The translations under genes were made by a program, and so were the position numbers. A stretch of 64,000 nt of DNA from an uncultured Alphaproteobacteria bacterium. GTDB taxonomy: Bacteria; Pseudomonadota; Alphaproteobacteria; Methylaequorales; Methylaequoraceae. Under the pieces are notes generated by a model. That model was not told the origin of the DNA and made no database searches. It was given only the letters and a program-made list of their open reading frames with translations. The stretch covers positions 26,975 to 90,974 of the forward strand of contig CACCYL010000004.1 of NCBI GenBank assembly GCA_902550225.1, written 5' to 3'. Each line of letters opens with the position of its first letter. Within the stretch, counting starts at the first letter, position 1. Shown one piece after another: positions 39,101-45,884 of the stretch.

Positions 39101-40346
39101 TATAACTTTCCTGGAGGAAGGATGTTAAATACAAACAAAAAGCAATCATGATTGTTGATAATGCTAAGCTTAAAGTTAGCCCGCCAAATTGATAAGATAA
39201 TCCAGATAAAAGGGTTCCGAAAAACCTTCCAGTAGCATTAGCCATATAGTAAAAGCCAACATCAAGAGAAACTCTGTTCATTTTTGAGAAATGCAAAATC
39301 AAATAAGAATGAATAGACGAATTAACAGCAAATATTCCACAAAAAATAAAAAGACCAGAAAATAAAAAAATTGTTGTCAGAAAAATTTCACTGAAAAAAA
39401 ATAGTAAAAAAGTTAATAAGATTAGATTAATTAGGAGGTAGAGAACCCAATTTTTTGAGATATCTACCAAGTTAATTTTTCTGTTGTCCTCCTTTAAGAA
39501 TAATTTTGGTGAGTAAGCTTGAATTATTCCGTAGAGAATTATCCATGCGGCCATAAAGCTCCCAATTATAAAGAAGGCTTTTTTATTCCCATCTACCGAA
39601 CCATCCGAAAAAACACTGTAAAAAAAAATTGGCAATCCAACCACAAACCAAACATCACGTGCTCCAAATAAAAAAATTCTTGCTGCAGATAGAAAATTAA
39701 TGTTTTTAGATTTTGAAAATACATCGAATATTTTTGCTTTATTATTTTTATTTATAAGATCATTCTTTAAGAAAATAAAACTACATACCAAAATAAAGGT
39801 AACAATAACAACCATTGAAATTAATGAATTATAAAAACCTATCGTTGCTAATAATGCACAGCCCAGCAAAAATCCGAAACCTTTTACAGCATTTTTCGAA
39901 CCTGTTAAGATTGCCACCCACTTAAAAAGGCTCGATTGATTATCTGGCGCTAAAAGTTTAACTGCTGATTTAGAGGACATCTTTGTTAAATCTTTTGCAA
40001 TGCCGCTTAATCCTTGGACGATTAAAACATAAAAAATCGAAAAGTTTTGACTCCAATTTTCATCCAATTGTGATAGAGAGTAAAGAGATATAATTTGAAC
40101 AGTCAAACCTGCATATAAAGTAAGCTTAAGACCGTATCGAGCGGCTAACCATCCAGCTGAAGGATTTGTAAAAATCCCAGCCAGTTCATAAAATAGAAAT
40201 AAATATGCGAGTTGTAGTGGTGAAAAACCATTTTGATGAAAATGAAGTAAAACTAACATTCTCAGTGCCCCATCACTAAGCATAAATACCCAATAAGCAA
40301 AGGTAACTATCAAATAAGAGAATTGTTCTTTAGACAAAAAAATCAT
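39084..40346 (-). CDS. arsJ: MFS permease, ArsJ-like (1-arseno-3-phosphoglycerate exporter family)
   Basis: 420 aa, ~12 TM. The N-terminal block YWVFMLSDGALRMLVLLHFHQNGFSPLQLAYLFLFYE matches my recollection of the ArsJ signature. Immediately downstream of, and overlapping, a GAPDH gene. Confidence 0.62.
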   Translation of the reverse strand: MIFLSKEQFSYLIVTFAYWVFMLSDGALRMLVLLHFHQNGFSPLQLAYLFLFYELAGIFTNPSAGWLAARYGLKLTLYAGLTVQIISLYSLSQLDENWSQNFSIFYVLIVQGLSGIAKDLTKMSSKSAVKLLAPDNQSSLFKWVAILTGSKNAVKGFGFLLGCALLATIGFYNSLISMVVIVTFILVCSFIFLKNDLINKNNKAKIFDVFSKSKNINFLSAARIFLFGARDVWFVVGLPIFFYSVFSDGSVDGNKKAFFIIGSFMAAWIILYGIIQAYSPKLFLKEDNRKINLVDISKNWVLYLLINLILLTFLLFFFSEIFLTTIFLFSGLFIFCGIFAVNSSIHSYLILHFSKMNRVSLDVGFYYMANATGRFFGTLLSGLSYQFGGLTLSLALSTIMIAFCLYLTSFLQESYNEQKI

Positions 40347-41341
40347 AGAGATTCACTTACAAATTCGCAAATATCAACCATTCTTTTTGCATAAGCGATT
40401 TCGTTGTCATACCATGCATAAACTTTTAGTTGTCTCTTGTTTATAACCATAGTAGAACACGCATCAATAATTGCTGACCTGGTATCATTTACATAATCTG
40501 CTGATACAAGCTGAGCTTCCTCATAGCCTAAAATCCCTTTTAAATCATTCTCAGAGGCATCTTTAAAAAAGTTATTTACTTCTTCTTCAGAAGTATCTCG
40601 TTTTAATTCAAAAACACAATCCGTTAATGATGAATTTAAAAGTGGGACTCTAACAGCATGACCATTAAGTTTTCCTTCTAATTGAGGATAAATAAGAGAT
40701 ATTGCTTTCGCACTTCCTGTTGTTGTGGGAATCAAAGAATTTAAAGAGGACCTAGATCGTCTGATATCTTTTCCAGGTTTGTCGACAATTGTCTGTGTGT
40801 TAGTTACGTTATGTATTGTTGTAATTGACCCATGTACTATGCCAATTTTTTCGTGGAGTACTTTTACAACAGGCGCTAAACAGTTTGTTGTACAACTAGC
40901 AGCTGTAATTATTTTATGAGTATCGGGAATATATGTTTTATGGTTTATTCCAAATACTATATTTGCAACATTTTTTTCATTAATTGGTGCAGAGACAATT
41001 ACTTTCTTAACACCATTATCAAAATAAGGGGCTAATTTTTTTTCTGATTTGAAGACTCCCGTGCAATCTAAAACAATATCTACACCTTCTAGTTTTAAAT
41101 TTTCAATTTTATTTTGATTATTAAAAATTAGTCTTCGATCATCAATTGAAATTATATTCTGGTCGGTAGAAAATTTGGCATTCCAACGACCATGAACAGT
41201 GTCAAACTCCAACAAATGGCAATGTGTGTTTATAGTTCCAACTGCATCATTAATCCAAGCTAAATCTAAATTTTTTTCTAGAAGAAATTTGAGTACATAT
41301 TTACCAATTCTTCCAATTCCATTAATTGCATACGTTGCCAT
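40343..41341 (-). CDS. gap: Type I glyceraldehyde-3-phosphate dehydrogenase (ArsJ-linked)
   Basis: 332 aa. INGIGRIGK Rossmann motif, catalytic ASCTTNCLAP, and WYDNE C-terminal motif. Confidence 0.9.
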   Translation of the reverse strand: MATYAINGIGRIGKYVLKFLLEKNLDLAWINDAVGTINTHCHLLEFDTVHGRWNAKFSTDQNIISIDDRRLIFNNQNKIENLKLEGVDIVLDCTGVFKSEKKLAPYFDNGVKKVIVSAPINEKNVANIVFGINHKTYIPDTHKIITAASCTTNCLAPVVKVLHEKIGIVHGSITTIHNVTNTQTIVDKPGKDIRRSRSSLNSLIPTTTGSAKAISLIYPQLEGKLNGHAVRVPLLNSSLTDCVFELKRDTSEEEVNNFFKDASENDLKGILGYEEAQLVSADYVNDTRSAIIDACSTMVINKRQLKVYAWYDNEIAYAKRMVDICEFVSESL

Positions 41342-41363
41342 GATGAACCTGTACTTTGGTAGT

Positions 41364-41380
41364 GTTACAGTTTTATGACA
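41364..41380 (-). promoter_or_regulatory. Pho box upstream of gap-arsJ-ppk-ppx
   Basis: The minus strand reads TGTCATAAAAC TGTAAC, the same half-sites and phasing as the pstS box. Only 22 nt from the gap ATG, implying a very short or absent leader. Confidence 0.55.
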
Positions 41381-41408
41381 AAAAGCTCTTAACTAGCCAA
41401 AAATACAC

Positions 41409-41445
41409 ATGTCATCTTACGTAAAAGTGTTACGTAAGGTGACAT
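41409..41445 (-). terminator. 16-bp inverted repeat, candidate terminator of the Lys-rich gene and/or regulatory palindrome
   Basis: ATGTCATCTTACGTAA aagtg TTACGTAAGGTGACAT, 15 of 16 bases complementary. On the minus strand it follows the stop at 41458 and precedes GTGTATTTTT. The arms carry TGTCAT/TGTCAC and two TTACGTAA palindromes. Confidence 0.45.
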
Positions 41446-41457
41446 ATTATATTTTAT

Positions 41458-42075
41458 TTATTTTGTTGTCTCAGGTTTTTCTTCTGATGTAGGAGAGGTG
41501 ATATCCGTTTTTATGTTTATATTTTGAGTAGAAACTTTATCTAAGCTCCCATTTGATTTTGTTAAATCAATTTTTTTTGTTTTTGACTTATTTTTGACAG
41601 TGGACTGAGAAGTTTTTGTAGTTTTTTTATCACTTTTTTTAAGTCGAGCTTTTAACTTTTTATTGTTACTTTTTAATTTTTTAATAACTTTTTTAGGTTT
41701 ATTAAGTTTAGATTCTAATTTCTTATTATCCTTTTTTAATTTACTAACGTTTTTATTAGGTTTCTTAAGTTTGGACTCTAACTTTTTATTAACCTTTTTT
41801 AATTTACTAACCTTTTTTTTAGGTTTTTTGAATTTAATTATTTTAGCTTTTAAATTTTTATTTTTCTTTTTTAAAACCTGAATTTCTTTTTTCTGATCAG
41901 ATTTTTTTTTCGCACCTTCAATTGCTAAACACCCTAATTTTACAATTTTTGGTAGCTTTTTAGATTTACTCATTTTTTTAAGACTTAAACCTGTTAAGCG
42001 AGTAAATTTCTTATTAGAAATCTTATTTTTTTTCCCCCATCTTTTAAGCTGAGTTGGTTTTTTAAGTGGCTGCAT
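41458..42075 (-). CDS. HTH-like N-terminal domain fused to a lysine-rich repeat protein
   Basis: A GGAGG Shine-Dalgarno lies 5 nt before the ATG at 42075; the track ORF starts at 42114. The N-terminal ~55 aa parallels the XRE-type protein at 42681 (QLKRWGKKN...LTGLS...KIVKLGCLAIE versus QFKKWRKKN...VLGLK...KYIKLACEAIE). The rest is about half lysine. Confidence 0.6.
   Translation of the reverse strand: MQPLKKPTQLKRWGKKNKISNKKFTRLTGLSLKKMSKSKKLPKIVKLGCLAIEGAKKKSDQKKEIQVLKKKNKNLKAKIIKFKKPKKKVSKLKKVNKKLESKLKKPNKNVSKLKKDNKKLESKLNKPKKVIKKLKSNNKKLKARLKKSDKKTTKTSQSTVKNKSKTKKIDLTKSNGSLDKVSTQNINIKTDITSPTSEEKPETTK
41641..41829 (-). repeat. In-frame tandem repeat, 3 x 63 bp (21-aa unit KKPxKxVSKLKKxNKKLESKL)
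   Basis: aa 83-103, 104-124 and 125-145 of the Lys-rich protein are near-identical. The repeat is also visible at DNA level. Confidence 0.85.
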
Positions 42076-42136
42076 TTTAATTCCTCCTTTTAACTTTACA
42101 TTTATGCATTGCAATTCCTAGAAACAGCATATACAA

Positions 42137-42164
42137 ATATACGCAATTATTGCATATTGTCAAT
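42137..42164. promoter_or_regulatory. Operator-like motif O1 (ATATACGCAATTATTGCATATTGTCAAT)
   Basis: Contains the palindrome GCAAT-T-ATTGC. 62-89 nt upstream of the Lys-rich HTH gene. Near-identical copy at 42597-42625. Confidence 0.5.
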
Positions 42165-42472
42165 TATTTAAAACTTTTGTTGTTTGTTGTATTTTCTGTT
42201 AATTTTTGTTTGAGGGACTCTAAATCTTGATCTAACTTATAGTGTGACCAATCACTAAAAGACAAACAAACTGAATACTTCTTTTTTAAAATATTGGTAT
42301 TTTCTTTTATGTTTGAAGCGCTTTTAAGTTGGCCGTTAATTATCTCAGACATAAACCTACACGAATTCTGAGTATTATATGTTTCTGTGGTAGTTTTACT
42401 TACGTCTGTTACAAAGCCGTCAGAATCATAAAGAGGGCCAAAAAACGTTACAAAAACAATAACCCAAGTCAT
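42164..42472 (-). CDS. Small hypothetical protein with a hydrophobic N-terminus
   Basis: 102 aa. MTWVIVFVTFFGPLY signal/anchor-like start, two Cys, C-terminal coiled-coil-like segment. I recognise no family. Confidence 0.4.
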   Translation of the reverse strand: MTWVIVFVTFFGPLYDSDGFVTDVSKTTTETYNTQNSCRFMSEIINGQLKSASNIKENTNILKKKYSVCLSFSDWSHYKLDQDLESLKQKLTENTTNNKSFK

Positions 42473-42568
42473 TTTATTTTCGTTTGGTTGTCCAAACTTC
42501 TTTTTTTAAAAACAAAGTCCCAATATAGCAAATGTCCATACATATATAATCTCCTAGGCAGTTATCCA

Positions 42569-42585
42569 CACGCAACTATTGCGTG
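42569..42585. promoter_or_regulatory. Operator-like palindrome O2 (CACGCAA-cta-TTGCGTG)
   Basis: Perfect 7-bp inverted repeat sharing the ACGCAA..ATTGCG core of O1 and O3. Lies in the divergent region between the small ORF and the XRE gene. Confidence 0.5.
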
Positions 42586-42596
42586 TTAATAATAAA

Positions 42597-42625
42597 ATAT
42601 ACGCACTGATTGCGCATATGTCAAT
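42597..42625. promoter_or_regulatory. Operator-like motif O3 (ATATACGCACTGATTGCGCATATGTCAAT)
   Basis: Same-strand near-copy of O1. 56-84 nt upstream of the XRE gene ATG at 42681. Confidence 0.5.
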
Positions 42626-42680
42626 ATTATTTTGTAATAATTTTTTTTTTTTGGTATTAATACTTAGTTTCTTAAAGTCT

Positions 42681-42884
42681 ATGGAAAAAGAACAGTTCAA
42701 AAAATGGAGAAAAAAGAATGGTTTTTCTCAAGCAGAGGCTGCTAATGTACTTGGGCTAAAAAGGAGAATGATTCAGTATTATGAGAAGGGTAAAAAAGGA
42801 GAAAAAGATATACAAATACCCAAATATATAAAATTAGCATGTGAAGCGATAGAACTTAAGAAAAAGTTAAAGAAACTGGTTTAA
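42681..42884 (+). CDS. XRE-family helix-turn-helix protein (67 aa)
   Basis: FKKWRKKNGFSQAEAANVLGLKRRMIQYYEKG....IPKYIKLACEAIE is a classic short HTH_XRE layout. The track ORF from 42579 adds a hydrophobic, improbable extension. Confidence 0.7.
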   Translation: MEKEQFKKWRKKNGFSQAEAANVLGLKRRMIQYYEKGKKGEKDIQIPKYIKLACEAIELKKKLKKLV

Positions 42885-42903
42885 TTTTAAAAGGAGTAAA
42901 ATT

Positions 42904-43452
42904 ATGAGCGATAATTTTGACATCAAAGTTGGTGAGTCACTAATTGCTGGAGGACCACCAGGAACAGCAGCTGAGCCGGAAGTAGTTATCGGAAAATTTA
43001 ACGGCCCATTTGGAACAGCTTTCGCCACTTTACTAGGCAATCAAGTTAAAGGACATACAAAAGTTCTTGCGATAATGAACACAGACGTAATGGTTAGGCC
43101 AGCAACATTAATGGTGAGCAAGGTCACTGTCAAAGACGACAGATATACCAATATTTTAATGGGAACAGTTCAAGGAGCTATTGCTAATGGTGTGTTAGAT
43201 TCCGTTAGAGAGGGTTATATTCCAAAGAAAATAGTTAATGATGTAGGCATTATTGTATCAGTTTGGTTGAATCCAAGTGTAGCTGAAGACAAAAACTTAG
43301 ATCACAAAATACTTTTTGATATTCATCGTAAGGCGACCACGATTGCAATAAAGAAAGCAATGAAGGACGAGCCATCGATAGATTGGCTTTTAGAAAACCA
43401 AGATAAAATTGTTCATAAATACTTTGAAAAAGCATTAGATTCCAAAAAATAA
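42904..43452 (+). CDS. Formaldehyde-activating enzyme (Fae) family protein
   Basis: 182 aa. AAGGAG Shine-Dalgarno. VGESLIAGG...EVVIG...GPFGTAFATLLGN...GHTKVLAI....VRPATLMVSKVTV aligns block for block with my recollection of methylotroph Fae (VGEALVGDG...LIIGPRGSPAETAF...GFTSLLAV....KPNTLMFNKVTI). Confidence 0.6.
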   Translation: MSDNFDIKVGESLIAGGPPGTAAEPEVVIGKFNGPFGTAFATLLGNQVKGHTKVLAIMNTDVMVRPATLMVSKVTVKDDRYTNILMGTVQGAIANGVLDSVREGYIPKKIVNDVGIIVSVWLNPSVAEDKNLDHKILFDIHRKATTIAIKKAMKDEPSIDWLLENQDKIVHKYFEKALDSKK

Positions 43453-43537
43453 TGTATATACACACTAAAAAGGTTTCTGAAGTTTTAAGGCGTTCTTTTA
43501 AAGTTACCTGCAATCTTTTATAAAAAGTGTATATACA

Positions 43538-44932
43538 CTAAAAAAATCTCTTCAATATTGACACATATGTAACAAACACAAAAGCAAGTGAACAAAGAAC
43601 AGCGGCACTGCCTAAATCTTTGGCTCTTTTTGAAAGGTCGTGATGTGAAAAAGAAATTCTGTCAATAGTGGCTTCAATGCTTGAATTAAGTAATTCAATT
43701 ATGAGTAAAAGCATAATACTTCCAATCATGAGAAGTTTTTCTGTAGTCTCGGTTGGAAATATAAAAGCAAGAGGGATTAATATCAAAGTGAGAAGTAGTT
43801 CTTGTCTGAAAGCACTCTCCTCTTTAAAAGCAAATATAAATCCTGAGAGACTATTTATTAAAGCAAAATATAATCTCTTCAACCCAGTATTCTTTTTATG
43901 TGGATTCTCTTTAAAGACATATGTTTTAGGATCCCTTTTTTTTGAATTTTGTAGATTAGATTCAAAGATATTGACAACATTCTCCCAGGTGAATTTTTTT
44001 ACATAATGTAAAGGTTTGCTGGCGGGTATTTTTAATGCATTTAAACACGCGATTTTAAGATTTTTATTTAGAACCCCTGCTCCACTTTTTCCAATAACAT
44101 TGATTGGCCCTGCAACTGGAAATGCTGCTACTGGTAATCCACACGCCATAGCTTCTAGTAATACTAGTCCGAAAGTATCAGTTTTGCTTGGAAAAACAAA
44201 TAAATCTGCTTTTCCGTAGTATTCATGTAATTCATGTTGTTTTTTTTCACCAAAAAATTTGACATTTGTATATTTTTTTTCGAGTTTGCGTCTATCTGGA
44301 CCATCACCTACAATCCATTTCTCACAGTTGAGATCTAATTGTAAAAATGCTTCTAAGTTTTTTTCAATAGCAACTCTTCCTATGTTTATCAAAATCGGTT
44401 TGTCATTTTTCTTTTTTTGCAAAGGGGGTCTGAAAAGCTTAAAATCAACACCTCGTGGCCATATTGTAGTATTATGTATATTCCACTTTTTTAAATCTTC
44501 TATTACTGATTTTGTAGGAACAAGTATTTTATGTGCTTTACTATGAAACCATTTTAGATAACCATAACTTATAAAAAGAGGAATTTTAGTTCTCTTATAT
44601 ATATATTCCGCAAATTTTGTATGAAATGAAGTTGTATAAACAAGTCCATTTTTTACCACATAATTCCTTCCTGCTATACCGAGAGGACCCTCAGTTGCAA
44701 TATGAATCGCATCTGGATTGAATTCTTTAATTAACTTTTTAACTTTGTTCCCTGGAAAAAAAGATAATCGGATTTCAGGGTAAGTAGGACAAGGAAATGT
44801 TTTAAACAGATTAGGAGTTATCATTAAAACATTATGACCTTTTTTTTCTAAAAGTTCTTTTGTTTTAGATAACGTATGGACCACTCCATTAACTTGAGGG
44901 TGCCAGGCATCTGAGATAATTACTATTTTCAT
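43538..44932 (-). CDS. Fusion protein: GT4 glycolipid glycosyltransferase (Agt-like) plus C-terminal DgkA diacylglycerol kinase domain
   Basis: The N-terminal ~345 aa, MKIVIISDAWHPQVNGVV...GRVAIEKN...FPSKTDTFGLVLLEAMACGLPV, is GT4 (E-x7-E region). The C-terminal ~115 aa, LKRLYFALINS...ESAFRQELLL...LLIIELLNSSIEATIDRIS...LSKRAKDLGSAAVL, parallels E. coli DgkA (AAFRQE, VEILNSAIEAVVDRIG, GRAKDMGSAAVL). The ATG at 44932 is preferred; the track ORF extends to 45010. Confidence 0.75.
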   Translation of the reverse strand: MKIVIISDAWHPQVNGVVHTLSKTKELLEKKGHNVLMITPNLFKTFPCPTYPEIRLSFFPGNKVKKLIKEFNPDAIHIATEGPLGIAGRNYVVKNGLVYTTSFHTKFAEYIYKRTKIPLFISYGYLKWFHSKAHKILVPTKSVIEDLKKWNIHNTTIWPRGVDFKLFRPPLQKKKNDKPILINIGRVAIEKNLEAFLQLDLNCEKWIVGDGPDRRKLEKKYTNVKFFGEKKQHELHEYYGKADLFVFPSKTDTFGLVLLEAMACGLPVAAFPVAGPINVIGKSGAGVLNKNLKIACLNALKIPASKPLHYVKKFTWENVVNIFESNLQNSKKRDPKTYVFKENPHKKNTGLKRLYFALINSLSGFIFAFKEESAFRQELLLTLILIPLAFIFPTETTEKLLMIGSIMLLLIIELLNSSIEATIDRISFSHHDLSKRAKDLGSAAVLCSLAFVFVTYVSILKRFF

Positions 44933-44942
44933 AACAAGGAAA

Positions 44943-45743
44943 TTAAGTTTTTTGTGGGAGCTGAAAGTGTTTTGAATGCTCTTGAGAAATTCTAGATGAC
45001 CAGTCAACAATCTCTAGATTACCATCGAGATGTTCTACAATCGCGGTCATAGACTCTACCCAATCACCGCTATTACAATATATTATATCATGAATTGATT
45101 TGAATTCTGCTTTGTGTATATGCCCACATACAACGCCATCAAACCCTCTTCTTTTTGCCTCCTTAGTCATTACTAATTCATAGGCAGTAATAAATGAAAC
45201 AGCTTTTTTTACCTTTTGTTTAATAAACTTTGATAATGACCAGTAAGGTAGCTTTAAAAATTGTCTAATATTATTAAATAGATTGTTTAAGCGGATTAAC
45301 ATAGCATAACCCTTGTCACCAACATATGCGAGCCAGCGCGCATGTCTAATAACGCTATCAAATTGATCTCCATGAATGATCCATAATTTCTTACCCTTGA
45401 GAGTGGTATGGTAAGCTTCTTTTTTTATTATTATATCTCCAAAATTCACACCAATATATTTGCGCGCAGCCTCATCATGGTTACCTGGTATAAATACAAC
45501 TTTTACTCCTTTCCTAGCTTTTCTAAGTAATTTTTGGATAACGTCGTTGTGAGCTTGTGGCCAATACCATTTTTTCTTTAATCGCCATCCATCGATAATG
45601 TCTCCTACAAGAAAAATTTTTTCGGACTTTGAAACTTTAAGAAACTCTAAAAGCAATTCTGCTTTGCAACCGCTTGTACCTAGATGAACATCTGAAATCC
45701 ATATTGTTCTGTAACGATTGTGTTTAAAGGATACGCCATCCAT
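44943..45743 (-). CDS. plcP: PlcP-type phospholipase C (LpxH-like metallophosphoesterase)
   Basis: 266 aa. WISDVHLG, LVGDIIDGW, GNHD, IIHGDQFD and CGHIH metallophosphoesterase blocks. 10 nt upstream of the GT4 gene, the plcP-agt arrangement described for P-starvation lipid remodelling in marine bacteria. Confidence 0.75.
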   Translation of the reverse strand: MDGVSFKHNRYRTIWISDVHLGTSGCKAELLLEFLKVSKSEKIFLVGDIIDGWRLKKKWYWPQAHNDVIQKLLRKARKGVKVVFIPGNHDEAARKYIGVNFGDIIIKKEAYHTTLKGKKLWIIHGDQFDSVIRHARWLAYVGDKGYAMLIRLNNLFNNIRQFLKLPYWSLSKFIKQKVKKAVSFITAYELVMTKEAKRRGFDGVVCGHIHKAEFKSIHDIIYCNSGDWVESMTAIVEHLDGNLEIVDWSSRISQEHSKHFQLPQKT

Positions 45744-45825
45744 TCATATCATTTATCAAATAAATGTGTCAAAATTATTACAACACTACATATAGTGTTA
45801 CTAATATGATATGACACAAAAAAAA

Positions 45826-45849
45826 AGAGGCTTATAAAGCCTCTTTTTA
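45826..45849 (-). terminator. Rho-independent terminator downstream of the porin gene
   Basis: AGAGGCTT-ata-AAGCCTCT stem flanked by an A-run and a T-run. On the minus strand the stem is followed by about nine T. Confidence 0.7.
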
Positions 45850-45884
45850 ATTTTAAAATTACCTAAGGAAAGAAATTTTAATAT

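Noticed and set aside
41458-45010. N-terminal extensions of track ORFs: 42076-42114 on the Lys-rich gene, 42579-42680 on the XRE gene, and 44933-45010 on the GT4 gene.
   Set aside because: The internal ATGs have better context (GGAGG before 42075; family-typical N-termini MEKEQFKKW and MKIVIISDAW). The extensions would overlap operators or the plcP coding end.
45786-45816. Pho box upstream of plcP.
   Set aside because: TGTCAT and GTAACA-like half-sites exist (minus strand TGTGTCATATCATATTAGTAACAC) but are 14 bp rather than 11 bp apart. A 7-bp palindrome AACACTA-cata-TAGTGTT overlaps them. This is too irregular to call a feature, although plcP is expected to be Pho-regulated.
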